The notes beneath the pieces were generated by a model that saw only the letters and a list, made by a program, of their open reading frames with translations, searched no databases and was not told the origin of the DNA. This document shows positions 44,425-52,321 of a DNA stretch of 64,000 bases, in pieces. Each line of letters opens with the position of its first letter. Position 1 is the first letter of the stretch. Source of the stretch: a virus (lineage: Duplodnaviria > Caudoviricetes); the IMG/VR virus record IMGVR_UViG_3300048858_000027, positions 16,944 through 80,943 of that record. One strand, written 5' to 3'. A program made the position numbers and the translations under genes.

Positions 44425-44832
44425 ATGCAGATTTTCGGGGCGCTGATCGCAGTCGGGCTGCTCGCGGGGTGCTCCAGCGCCCCGATCTCCCTGGCCGATG
44501 CCAAGCCAGTTATGGCGGTGGGGCAGTTCCAGGCTGCCGCGCCTGGCACCGCACCTGTGGTGGTGCGGCGGGACACAGGTTTTGGGGGCGGCGGCTGCAC
44601 CACCACCCTCTACGTCAATGGCGAGGCGGCGGGGCGGATCAATACCGGGGAGATGGTGACGATACACGCCCCGGTCGGGGGCGTGATCCTCGGCGCCTCC
44701 AACACAAGCGCGATGTGTCCGAACGCCCTGGTCGAGCAGGAAGTCGTGCTGGAGGAGGGTAAGCCTCGACACTTCCGGGTTGGGATCGACCAATCGGGGT
44801 CGCTCGGCCTCTTCCGCACGAACGCTAGCTGA
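44425..44832 (+). CDS. Lipoprotein (DUF2846-like), counter-oriented moron
   Basis: Signal peptide with LAGC lipobox; VVVRRDTGFGGGGCTTTLYVNGEAAGRINTGE; GAAGG SD. Confidence 0.8.
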   Translation: MQIFGALIAVGLLAGCSSAPISLADAKPVMAVGQFQAAAPGTAPVVVRRDTGFGGGGCTTTLYVNGEAAGRINTGEMVTIHAPVGGVILGASNTSAMCPNALVEQEVVLEEGKPRHFRVGIDQSGSLGLFRTNAS

Positions 44833-44835
44833 GGG

Positions 44836-45060
44836 TCAGATCCTGGGTGCCTCCGGCCGAGGCATCCAGTGCGTCGGCGTCCCATTTATGGGGAAGAAGT
44901 TGGGCACCTCAGCATATTTCTGCTGCCATCCTGTATTGCCGAACCCGTGTGGGTCCCAGCAGCAATCCGGTAGGCGCTCGCCATCACACCAGATGTCGAT
45001 CAAGGTCCCGTCACGCGGCGCGGTTTCGATGGGGCGCCATGGGGACGTGCCGCAGCTCAT
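44836..45060 (-). CDS. DUF551-like protein
   Basis: WRPIETAPRDGT...PTHWMPRPEAP. Confidence 0.8.
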   Translation of the reverse strand: MSCGTSPWRPIETAPRDGTLIDIWCDGERLPDCCWDPHGFGNTGWQQKYAEVPNFFPINGTPTHWMPRPEAPRI

Positions 45061-45071
45061 TCATGCCCTCC

Positions 45072-45263
45072 TCAGATCCGCGGTGGATTTAGCTCGGCGC
45101 CCAGGATCTCGATTTCCCGGTCGTGGAAGGGCTCATCGTGGCCCGTCAGCATCCACTGACCATCCTGGCGCTTGGCCACCTCGGGTGGCCAGAGCCCGTG
45201 CTTCAGCCTGATCCAGTAGAAGCCTCCCTCCTTCGGCGGAGGGGCAGCGATCTTCCGCGGCAT
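45072..45263 (-). CDS. Hypothetical protein
   Basis: PKEGGFYWIRL...WMLTG pattern, 63 aa. Confidence 0.65.
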   Translation of the reverse strand: MPRKIAAPPPKEGGFYWIRLKHGLWPPEVAKRQDGQWMLTGHDEPFHDREIEILGAELNPPRI

Positions 45264-45481
45264 CAGTGCGGGCTGGAGGGCGCCTCGCTGATATCCAGCC
45301 TGCGCTCGATCCTGTCGATGTGGTCGCCCGTGCGGTCGATGCGGCGGCTGATGGAAGAGGCGATCTCCTCCAGACGGCCGACCCGCTCCTTCAGTTCCCG
45401 CACGTCAGCTCGCACGTCATCCATCTTCTGGTCGATGCGCCTCAGCATGACCAGCGTTAGGTTGTCGGGTTGGTCGGACAT
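45263..45481 (-). CDS. Small coiled-coil protein
   Basis: NLTLVMLRRIDQKMDDV...IDRIERRLD; heptad repeat. Confidence 0.75.
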   Translation of the reverse strand: MSDQPDNLTLVMLRRIDQKMDDVRADVRELKERVGRLEEIASSISRRIDRTGDHIDRIERRLDISEAPSSPH

Positions 45482-45697
45482 TCAGGTTCCCTCGATCTGT
45501 TGCAGGAATTTCACCACAGCCTCATCCACAAGCTGTTGGATCGGCCTCCGGGTCTGGTAGCTCAAGGCCCGGAGCTTGTCGTGGACATCCATGGTCGGTC
45601 GGTAGGAGACGAAGACCCTCGCGTCCCTTCCGGCCCGTGCAGTCTCTACCTTCGGAGGCACTTCCAGGCCCGTCAGGACCACCGGCTTCTTGCTCAT
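45482..45697 (-). CDS. Ribbon-helix-helix protein (ParG/omega-like centromere-binding candidate)
   Basis: Flexible N-terminus, beta strand VFVSYRP, helices DVHDKLRALSYQTRRPIQQLVDEAVVKFL; coupled to parA. Confidence 0.75.
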   Translation of the reverse strand: MSKKPVVLTGLEVPPKVETARAGRDARVFVSYRPTMDVHDKLRALSYQTRRPIQQLVDEAVVKFLQQIEGT

Positions 45698-46329
45698 ACC
45701 ACCGCCACCTTACCCATGCGGGCCTTTGCTCCGCTCCAGATTGCACTGATCTCGGTCGGAGTGGGACCCTTTGGTTCCATTTCCGGCGCCGTTTGCCCGA
45801 CGCTCATAGCGCGCTTGTAGTCCTCGCGGTCAGTGAGGAACTGCTTGCACACAGGGCCGTGGGTCTGGAGCAGCTCGACAGCCTGCTGGTTCGCACGGGC
45901 GCGGTGCTTTGTCCGCGTAACGACGAACTGCATCGGCTTCCCAGCATCCTCCACCAGACGAATGGTCACGCCGATGGCGCGGAGGTCGTTGGGGCTGGGC
46001 TGGACCGGGATGATCACCAGGTCGGAGAGGCGGATCGCCTCGGCCACGAGCGGGTCGATCGAGGGTGGCGTGTCGATGATCACCGTCTTGTAGCCCAGGC
46101 CCCGGAGCTGGGTCAGCGTGGCTGCTAGATCGGCGTGGCGGACGAAGGCGGGGGTCTGAGCCTCCCGCACATCCCACCACTTCGTCAGGGACTGCATGGA
46201 GTCCAGGTCGATCATGGCCACCGGGCCGTCGAGCCGTTCAGCCTCGACGGCGAGGTGTGTCGCCAGGGTGGTTTTGCCCGCGCCTCCCTTGCGGGAGGCC
46301 AGCGTGATGGTCTGCACGGAGTGCTCCAT
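45694..46329 (-). CDS. parA: ParA partition ATPase (short, type Ib)
   Basis: RKGGAGKTT deviant Walker A, DLDSMQS, IIDTPPS, IPVQPSPNDL; no N-terminal HTH. Confidence 0.92.
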   Translation of the reverse strand: MEHSVQTITLASRKGGAGKTTLATHLAVEAERLDGPVAMIDLDSMQSLTKWWDVREAQTPAFVRHADLAATLTQLRGLGYKTVIIDTPPSIDPLVAEAIRLSDLVIIPVQPSPNDLRAIGVTIRLVEDAGKPMQFVVTRTKHRARANQQAVELLQTHGPVCKQFLTDREDYKRAMSVGQTAPEMEPKGPTPTEISAIWSGAKARMGKVAVV

Positions 46330-46378
46330 TACCGAATGCTCGGTAATGATTGCATGAGTGATTGAACGCGGTCAATCA
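46327..46378. promoter_or_regulatory. parA operator region: two inverted repeats
   Basis: CATTACCGA-ATGC-TCGGTAATG covering the start codon and TGATTGA-ACGCGG-TCAATCA. Confidence 0.65.
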
Positions 46379-46627
46379 GTTGCCACGGCGGGCGCGTTCG
46401 GCCAGTAGCGAGCTGAGGCGACTGGCGTGCTGCTGCTTGGTGCTTGCGAAACGGATGCAGTGTCCAAGGTGGAAGTCGGTCATCTCATGCATGTAAGTCA
46501 CCTCGTTGCGGTCGCGGGTGCGCCACTGGTCCGCTCCGCATCGTGGTTCCTCATCCGTTCGTTGGGCGTGCCAGTCGCCCGCCTCAACTGGCACCTTGTG
46601 TGGGTCAAGGTTGGCTTCGTTCCTCAT
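46376..46627 (-). CDS. Hypothetical protein
   Basis: 83 aa, ATG overlaps upstream stop. Confidence 0.55.
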   Translation of the reverse strand: MRNEANLDPHKVPVEAGDWHAQRTDEEPRCGADQWRTRDRNEVTYMHEMTDFHLGHCIRFASTKQQHASRLSSLLAERARRGN

Positions 46628-46878
46628 GAGTGGAAGCTGTAGCTGCCGGCGTCGTGGTCGCGGACGCCTAGCATGGCGAACTTCGGGCGGACGCCCCGCC
46701 ACTCCAGGGTGTCATAGTAGCAGGCCGAGATATCGCCATCGGGCAGGACATGCAGCACAGCCACGGGGTAGCTGGCGCTCTGCATGGCCCAGGTCGCGGC
46801 ATAACCCAGCGCGGCCGTGAACGCCTGGTGGTTCGGCGGCTGGTGGTCGGTCTCGTTGTGGATGAGAGTCGTTCGCAT
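46624..46878 (-). CDS. Hypothetical protein
   Basis: 84 aa, preceded by SD-hairpin. Confidence 0.7.
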   Translation of the reverse strand: MRTTLIHNETDHQPPNHQAFTAALGYAATWAMQSASYPVAVLHVLPDGDISACYYDTLEWRGVRPKFAMLGVRDHDAGSYSFHS

Positions 46879-46884
46879 GTTGTT

Positions 46885-46918
46885 GATCCTCGCGGATTGA
46901 GTGATTGAAGTCAGTCAG
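46885..46918 (-). promoter_or_regulatory. SD-hairpin (AATCC-GCGA-GGATC) with TCAATCAC repeats
   Basis: - strand CTGACTGACTTCAATCACTCAATCCGCGAGGATC-6 nt-ATG. Confidence 0.75.
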
Positions 46919-47378
46919 CCGGAGCGTATTCCGACATCAGCTCCGCCTTGACCTGCTGAGCTATGGCCACGGCGGCGTCATGGGCCGTCTTCCAGGCCAT
47001 GCTCTGGAGCTGTTGCTGGAGCTGGGCCTCGAAGTCCTTCTTGATGGCCGAGAGGTACTGCTTCTTCAGCCTCTCGCTGGAGCTGGCCAGGATCTCCCGG
47101 AGAGCTTCAGCCAGCCAGGCGTGCAGGGTGCTCTCGTTTACAGACTTGGTGACAAGTTCCCCGACCAGGGAGGTTCGTCCGTTGGTCCGATCGACGCGCC
47201 ACTCCCCGAAGGCTTTCTCGATACCCAGCATGGCACCGATGACCTGACGCTTCTGGGCGTTGAGGTCGGCCAGGATGTCGCGGGTCATCTGCTCAGCGTC
47301 GAACTCGTTGATCTGGGCAGCAACCGCCTTGGCGAACTCCTCGTGGAACCGCTGGCGTGCTTGAGTGAGGTCAATCAT
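46911..47378 (-). CDS. Hypothetical protein
   Basis: 155 aa, helical; FGEWRVDRTNGRTSLV motif. Confidence 0.7.
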   Translation of the reverse strand: MIDLTQARQRFHEEFAKAVAAQINEFDAEQMTRDILADLNAQKRQVIGAMLGIEKAFGEWRVDRTNGRTSLVGELVTKSVNESTLHAWLAEALREILASSSERLKKQYLSAIKKDFEAQLQQQLQSMAWKTAHDAAVAIAQQVKAELMSEYAPAD

Positions 47379-47381
47379 TCA

Positions 47382-47666
47382 TCAAATCCACGGATCATTC
47401 GCCAGCGTCCAGGCCATGGCACCGAGGCCACACTTGGTGCAGACCTGCTCGCCGCCACGGCCGTCCTCGAACTCACGCCAGCCCTGGAAGTCGTGGAGGC
47501 AGACGCGCTTCTCCATCCTCCAGGTGCGGCGGTTGAGCCGAAGGTTCCCCAACCTCGCCAGGGTGTGCAGCGACTTGTTGCTACCCGTCCAACCTCTGCG
47601 GTGTCGGTTCGCCTTCTTGAACTCGCGCTTGCGGCGGCGCCAGTCAGCTTGATTGATGTCACTCAT
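47382..47666 (-). CDS. Arg-rich N-terminus, Zn-finger-like C-terminus protein
   Basis: QADWRRRKREFKKANRHRR; CLH...CTKC. Confidence 0.6.
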   Translation of the reverse strand: MSDINQADWRRRKREFKKANRHRRGWTGSNKSLHTLARLGNLRLNRRTWRMEKRVCLHDFQGWREFEDGRGGEQVCTKCGLGAMAWTLANDPWI

Positions 47667-47814
47667 CTCTCAATCCCGCCTTGTAGAGCTTCGCGGCCTC
47701 GGTGAAGCTCACGCTGCCGATCATCTTCGGGTGGCACCACCAGACGCCCGTGGCGTTCGAGACCTGGTGCCACCCTCCGAGGAGGAGGGTGGCTATGGTG
47801 ACGCGCTGGCTCAC
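47659..47814 (-). CDS. Small hypothetical protein
   Basis: 51 aa, GTG overlaps ligase stop. Confidence 0.5.
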   Translation of the reverse strand: MSQRVTIATLLLGGWHQVSNATGVWWCHPKMIGSVSFTEAAKLYKAGLRDE

Positions 47815-48722
47815 GCGGCCATGTCCAGGCGGCTGCGGATGGCGTGGTGCTGCGGGTGGCGGGGCTTGTCCTTGCAGCCGATCGGGAAGAACCGATAGGT
47901 CGAGATCTGGCCGATCAGACTGTCCCGGATGGACCAGAGGCGGTCGCATTCCTTCTGGTCCACCGCCATGCCCAGGCTGAACTCGACGCCGGCGAAGCGG
48001 GTGCCAGGCAGGCCGCGGACGATCAGCTTGCCCATGGTGCCCTTGCCCACCTTGCCCGCCTTGTGGGTGGAGCGCTTGGCGAGACCCCGCTCGTCGCGGA
48101 CCTTCTCGTTGGTGTTCTGCATCTCCTCCTCGAAGCCGACGATCTCGGCCTCGGCGTCCTCGAAGCGCTTCACCTTCAGGAGATAGCCCTCGCGGACGGT
48201 GCTGCGGTTCTGCTTGTAGGGGCCATCCGGGGACCGGAGCATGACGCCCTCGTAGCCGTGGTCGAGAAGCATGGACTCGAAAGCGTCGAGCGCCTCGACA
48301 TCACGCAGGAATTTCTGCGGGATGATCTCGACGAAGGGCGGCGGAGCCTCTGTGGTCCAGAGACCCAGGCTGACCTGGCGCCGCTGGTAGGTGCCGGGGT
48401 GGTTCCAGAGGTCGAACACCAGGAACCGGAAGTCGGGCTCACCATCGGCCGACATGATCGCGCTGCTGGTGGTGCGATAGACATCCGGCGCGGCGGGATC
48501 TCCCACCACGATCTCGCCGTCCAGGCCCTCCAGCAGATCGGCGTACTGCGCGAACTGCGCCTGCAGGTGGCGGTTGGGCAGGGGCTTCATGGAGCGGGAC
48601 ATGGCCCGTCCGCCCATGGCCAGGCAGCGGAGCCCGTCGATCTTGGCCGAGCCGTAGAGCGGGAAGCGGAGGTCAGCGATACTGGCCGGGGCGGCGAGCA
48701 TCGGGCGGAAGGGGCCGCTCAC
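47811..48722 (-). CDS. ATP-dependent DNA ligase
   Basis: PMLA, KIDGLR adenylation motif, LDGEI, VFD, YEGVMLR, LLKVK, RHP. Confidence 0.93.
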   Translation of the reverse strand: MSGPFRPMLAAPASIADLRFPLYGSAKIDGLRCLAMGGRAMSRSMKPLPNRHLQAQFAQYADLLEGLDGEIVVGDPAAPDVYRTTSSAIMSADGEPDFRFLVFDLWNHPGTYQRRQVSLGLWTTEAPPPFVEIIPQKFLRDVEALDAFESMLLDHGYEGVMLRSPDGPYKQNRSTVREGYLLKVKRFEDAEAEIVGFEEEMQNTNEKVRDERGLAKRSTHKAGKVGKGTMGKLIVRGLPGTRFAGVEFSLGMAVDQKECDRLWSIRDSLIGQISTYRFFPIGCKDKPRHPQHHAIRSRLDMAA

Positions 48723-49000
48723 GGCGCCGAGACCGTGATCTTGACGTTGTTGCGGATCAGCTCCTGGACCTCACGGCGGGCCGTAGTGTCGATCTCGGTC
48801 ATGATCCGCTTGACCGAGTAGCTGGCCAGCAGGCTCTCGATGACGGTGCGCTTCACGATCTGCTCGATGCGGTCGGTGCTCAGGTGAGCCCGCACCGTGT
48901 CCACGACGATCTGCTCGGCGTGCTGCCGGATGCTCTCGCGCGTCAGGCCGAGCTCGTTCATGAGCACCTGGCGCACGGAGTTGGTGGTGGTTTTGTCCAT
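48719..49000 (-). CDS. Hypothetical protein
   Basis: 93 aa from ATG 49000, preceded by SD-hairpin. Confidence 0.7.
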   Translation of the reverse strand: MDKTTTNSVRQVLMNELGLTRESIRQHAEQIVVDTVRAHLSTDRIEQIVKRTVIESLLASYSVKRIMTEIDTTARREVQELIRNNVKITVSAP

Positions 49001-49010
49001 GTGAGTGAAT

Positions 49011-49032
49011 GATCCAGTGATGGATTGAGTGA
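49011..49032 (-). promoter_or_regulatory. SD-hairpin (AATCCA-TCAC-TGGATC)
   Basis: 10 nt before ATG 49000; identical to 49252 copy. Confidence 0.7.
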
Positions 49033-49038
49033 GGGAAA

Positions 49039-49245
49039 TTAGGCGCGCTTGAAGCCGATGATCGTCCCATCCTCCTGGAGCTGGCCGTCGAGGTAATGGG
49101 TTCCGTGGGAGCAGTGGACGAACAGGTCGGTGCCCTCCCCGAAGACGGGACACACCTCGCCGTCCTTCAGACAGGTGAAGCCGTCATCCGCGACCAGTTT
49201 GTCGCCGTGCTTGAGGTCTTCGAGCTTGATGTCGTTGGGGCGCAT
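49039..49245 (-). CDS. Hypothetical protein
   Basis: GDKLVADDGFTCL...HYLDGQ motif, 68 aa. Confidence 0.75.
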   Translation of the reverse strand: MRPNDIKLEDLKHGDKLVADDGFTCLKDGEVCPVFGEGTDLFVHCSHGTHYLDGQLQEDGTIIGFKRA

Positions 49246-49251
49246 TTGGAT

Positions 49252-49272
49252 GATCCAGTGATGGATTGATTG
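49252..49272 (-). promoter_or_regulatory. SD-hairpin (AATCCA-TCAC-TGGATC) with TCAATCAATCC
   Basis: 6 nt before ATG 49245. Confidence 0.7.
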
Positions 49273-49279
49273 ATCGAAG

Positions 49280-49495
49280 TCAGCAGGGTTTGGCGTCAGC
49301 CGCCTCGATCCAGACCCGCGCCCCGCAGCTCAGCGGGTTGTGCGGGGAGTGGATGATCTTGGCAGGGCCGATCAGCTCCACCTCGTGGGCGTATTCCCGC
49401 TTGGAGCCCCGGCGGATGATCAGCGGGGGCTCGTTGGTCAGGTGCTTCGCGTTGGAGGCGATCGTGTTGCGGTTGACGTGGACGATGACGGTCAT
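49280..49495 (-). CDS. Hypothetical protein
   Basis: IVHVNRNTIASN...PLSCGARVWIE conserved phage pattern. Confidence 0.75.
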   Translation of the reverse strand: MTVIVHVNRNTIASNAKHLTNEPPLIIRRGSKREYAHEVELIGPAKIIHSPHNPLSCGARVWIEAADAKPC

Positions 49496-49728
49496 GCGTC
49501 GCGCTCCCGGCGGCGGCGGGCGTCATCCTCCTTAATGCGGGCCTTCCGTTCCCGGAGTCTGGCCTGGGCGACGAGGGTTCCCTTGTGCCCGGCGCGCTTG
49601 GCCAGCTCGCGGTCAACACTGAAGGCCCGCTTCTCGGAAGGGATGGCCTTGCCGCCCAGGGAGGCGATCTCGCGGCGGCGCTCGGGAGGCAGCGTGGTTA
49701 GGCCCCGCGGTTTGTGGGAAGGATTCAT
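49492..49728 (-). CDS. KGG-repeat general stress protein-like (YciG family)
   Basis: RGLTTLPPERRREIASLGGKAIPSEKRAFSVDRELAKRAGHKG. Confidence 0.8.
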   Translation of the reverse strand: MNPSHKPRGLTTLPPERRREIASLGGKAIPSEKRAFSVDRELAKRAGHKGTLVAQARLRERKARIKEDDARRRRERDA

Positions 49729-49734
49729 ATGAAT

Positions 49735-49760
49735 GATCCACTGAAGGATTGAATGATTGA
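49735..49760 (-). promoter_or_regulatory. SD-hairpin (AATCC-TTCAGT-GGATC) with TCAATCATTCAATCC
   Basis: 6 nt before ATG 49728. Confidence 0.7.
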
Positions 49761-49766
49761 AGGAAA

Positions 49767-49934
49767 TCAGCGCCCCTTCAGGGCCACGGAAATGACTTCC
49801 TGGGTGTCGGCCACCAGGGCGCGATCGCCTCCGGTGATCCTGGCGCCGGGGATGGCGCAGAGGGTTTCCCAGAGAGCCGTGATCAGGTCGCGGCTCTGCT
49901 TCAGGGCGTCCCTGATGAGCGGGGTGGGTGGCAT
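49767..49934 (-). CDS. Small hypothetical protein (55 aa, not in ORF track)
   Basis: MPPTPLIRDALKQSRDLITALWETLCAIPGARITGGDRALVADTQEVISVALKGR; preceded by SD-hairpin. Confidence 0.6.
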   Translation of the reverse strand: MPPTPLIRDALKQSRDLITALWETLCAIPGARITGGDRALVADTQEVISVALKGR

Positions 49935-49936
49935 AT

Positions 49937-49950
49937 GATCCTCACGGATT
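49937..49950 (-). promoter_or_regulatory. SD-hairpin (AATCC-GTGA-GGATC)
   Basis: Just before ATG 49934; GNRA loop. Confidence 0.65.
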
Positions 49951-49992
49951 GGCGGGGGATTGATATCAGTCGGGGTGAGCCGGTGGCGACTG

Positions 49993-50028
49993 GTGGAATC
50001 GTTCCTGAATGATCAGGAACGATTCCAC
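49993..50028. promoter_or_regulatory. Perfect 16-bp inverted repeat centred on TGAATGATCA
   Basis: GTGGAATCGTTCCTGA-ATGA-TCAGGAACGATTCCAC. Confidence 0.8.
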
Positions 50029-50385
50029 TTACCAGTCATGGGTGGGCAGCGTTTCGATGGTGTCGGCATCGGCGTCGAGGTTGATCCACCAGCAGCCGTG
50101 CTCGCGGGCTAGGGCCTGCAGGGCGAAGAAGGCATCACTGATGCCGTCTTCCTTTGCATTAGCCTCGAACTCCAGGCGGTCGGCATCCTCGCTGCCATCG
50201 GCAGACCCTTCCAGGCGGACGTGGACGAACCAACCGTAGAGATGCTTGATCACCCGATAGGGTGGTGCCAGGGCAGTCTCATCGTCAGATGCGGCTGCCC
50301 AAGCATCCAAGAGCTCGGTGTCGGCCTTGGTGATGTGGCAGGTGCTGCAGTCGAGGAAGCTGTGGATGAAGGGGGGCTTGCTCAT
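50029..50385 (-). CDS. DUF5983-like hypothetical protein
   Basis: FLDCSTCHIT, YGWFV, WINLDADA...LPTHDW. Confidence 0.7.
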   Translation of the reverse strand: MSKPPFIHSFLDCSTCHITKADTELLDAWAAASDDETALAPPYRVIKHLYGWFVHVRLEGSADGSEDADRLEFEANAKEDGISDAFFALQALAREHGCWWINLDADADTIETLPTHDW

Positions 50386-50645
50386 TCCTCGGTGTCCTCT
50401 TCCTCGGGTGCTTCCACCCAGACCCAGGCGGCGACCCAGCAGCCGTTATCGCCTTCGGAGCCGAGGGGCGTCTCCAGCAGCTCGATGTTGTCATTGAACC
50501 AGGTGTATTGGTCGCGTGCCTTATCCACCGCCCATTCGGGTGTGGGGTTCAGGCGACTGGCCGCGGCCAGGATGTCGCCCTGGTTGAAGCCGTGCTCGGT
50601 CAGGAAGGTGTCGAGCAGGGCCTGGCGGTCAGTAGCCTGTGTCAT
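50382..50645 (-). CDS. Hypothetical protein
   Basis: SEGDNGCWVAAWVWV motif, acidic tail. Confidence 0.7.
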   Translation of the reverse strand: MTQATDRQALLDTFLTEHGFNQGDILAAASRLNPTPEWAVDKARDQYTWFNDNIELLETPLGSEGDNGCWVAAWVWVEAPEEEDTEE

Positions 50646-50904
50646 GGAGCACCTTCTGGGCTTCGGTGTCGGTCAGCTCACCATCCGCGGCCTGCCTCAC
50701 AGCCCGGAGAAGGGCATAGGCGTCCTCCGCCTCCGGCGGCTCTATCTCCTCCAGACTGCGTTCTTCGCCACACTCGTTGCAGGAGCCCTGATCCTGAACA
50801 CCCGCCAGCTCCCAGGTCTGGGAGTTGAAGTCCCAGGACGCGGTAGCGTCGCGGGTCACATCGGTGGACCCACATTCAGAGCAGACGATCAGAATCCGAG
50901 CCAT
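50629..50904 (-). CDS. Zn-ribbon hypothetical protein
   Basis: CSECGSTDV...DATASWD...Q.WEL...CNECG. Confidence 0.7.
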   Translation of the reverse strand: MARILIVCSECGSTDVTRDATASWDFNSQTWELAGVQDQGSCNECGEERSLEEIEPPEAEDAYALLRAVRQAADGELTDTEAQKVLHDTGY

Positions 50905-51110
50905 TGCTTGATCCTCTCGCAGATGGTGGGTGGGGTGTTGGTCACGCGGTCGAGGAAGCGCTCCAGCTCCTGGAGGTTGATGGAGAGGACGGCGCTGTAA
51001 TACTCGTCAGCGTGGGCGCCGCCGGATTCCTCGTCCTTGCGGCCGATGATGTTGATGAGGCCGATGGTGTTCGCCCAGGTGAGGGCCTCGCCGCGCAGGT
51101 CGGGGGTCAT
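50889..51110 (-). CDS. Hypothetical protein
   Basis: 73 aa, coupled. Confidence 0.55.
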   Translation of the reverse strand: MTPDLRGEALTWANTIGLINIIGRKDEESGGAHADEYYSAVLSINLQELERFLDRVTNTPPTICERIKQWLGF

Positions 51111-51475
51111 ATCAGCTTCTCGATTTCCACGCGGATGCGCCAGGCGGCGTGACTTTGCGGAGGGTTGCTCAGGAGCTGGCTGGTGTCCTTCAGGTGGCTG
51201 CGTGCGATATCCGCCGCCTCCTTCAGAGCCTGGACCCGCACCTGCTGGGCCTCGGCCGGAGTGAGGCAGGGGCCGACATAATCATAGTCGTGGGCACACC
51301 GTTTAACGGTGAAGTCCAACCAAGCCCCGTGGACAGGCCCCCGTTCAGGACCTTCCCACCAGTATGTGCGCTCCTTCCCTGAGAGACGGTTTCGCAGCAC
51401 ATGCGCACCGGGTCGCACAGGGTTGAGCGGCACGCCTGGCTTGTTGGGGTCGGGCCAGGTGCTGGTGGTGGTCAT
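51107..51475 (-). CDS. Hypothetical protein with WPDPNxPGVPLNP N-terminal module
   Basis: N-terminus shared with 41012-41419; GAGAGG SD. Confidence 0.7.
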   Translation of the reverse strand: MTTTSTWPDPNKPGVPLNPVRPGAHVLRNRLSGKERTYWWEGPERGPVHGAWLDFTVKRCAHDYDYVGPCLTPAEAQQVRVQALKEAADIARSHLKDTSQLLSNPPQSHAAWRIRVEIEKLI

Positions 51476-51741
51476 GTCGCCGTCCTCTCCTCAGCCGCCC
51501 GCATCATCTGGATGACGATGTTGTCCTTGGGCCAGAGATTGCCCATCGTGTCGGTGTAGCTGCCGTCCTCCTGCCAACCGCCGTTGCCAGCGTGGTGGTC
51601 GTATTCCTCGCTCTCGGACCAGCCACAGGGGCAGCCATAGGGGCCGTAGATGATGCCCACCCCGACATTCGCGGAATCACGGTCACACTCGTTGCCGCAA
51701 TGAGGGCAGATGCCCTCGGTGAGCATGGGGAGGTGGGTCAC
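51472..51741 (-). CDS. Zn-finger hypothetical protein
   Basis: CPHCGNECDRDSANVGVGIIYGPYGCPCGWS. Confidence 0.7.
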   Translation of the reverse strand: MTHLPMLTEGICPHCGNECDRDSANVGVGIIYGPYGCPCGWSESEEYDHHAGNGGWQEDGSYTDTMGNLWPKDNIVIQMMRAAEERTAT

Positions 51742-52034
51742 AGCGGCACATCCCGGATCGTGAGGGTGCGGGTGGTCGGGTCCCACTCCACATCATCCCG
51801 CTCCACCTGGATGTGGATGGTGCTGTATTGGAGGTGGTTTTGGACCGGACCCTCGACCTGCATCAGAAACAGCGGGTCGTGCCCCGCCGGGGTGAAGGCC
51901 GAGATCAGCTTCTCGTCCTCCATGTCGCACTCCAGCAACCAACCGCGGGAGCAGTCGGAGCCGAACAGGATGGAGTGCTTCCAGCCCTCGGCTTCCGAAT
52001 CGTGGAAGAGGAGGATCTCGTTGGGGTCGCTCAT
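51738..52034 (-). CDS. Acidic hypothetical protein
   Basis: 98 aa, coupled. Confidence 0.65.
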   Translation of the reverse strand: MSDPNEILLFHDSEAEGWKHSILFGSDCSRGWLLECDMEDEKLISAFTPAGHDPLFLMQVEGPVQNHLQYSTIHIQVERDDVEWDPTTRTLTIRDVPL

Positions 52035-52321
52035 GACAGGTTCGTTCCTGTGTGCTGCTCGATCGCGGTGATCTCCTGTGGGTTGTGTTCCCGCAGGAAG
52101 CGCAGTGCGCGGAGGTGGAGTGGGGAGTGGAGGTGGAGCAGGTGGACGAAGTGTTCCCAGGCACCCTGATCGTCAGCGAAGATCTCAGTCTCGTCCACAC
52201 GCTGGATCTGGAACGGTCCAGCGTCGGAGGTGGCGCTGAAGATGTCCCAGCCCTCGCGGAGTGCGGCGTTGGAATCCTCGACCGTCCAGCCTGTGTAGGG
52301 CGGGTGGGCTAGGTTGCTCAT
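52031..52321 (-). CDS. Hypothetical protein
   Basis: WTVEDSNAALREGWDIF...FQIQRVD...DDQGAWE pattern. Confidence 0.7.
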   Translation of the reverse strand: MSNLAHPPYTGWTVEDSNAALREGWDIFSATSDAGPFQIQRVDETEIFADDQGAWEHFVHLLHLHSPLHLRALRFLREHNPQEITAIEQHTGTNLS

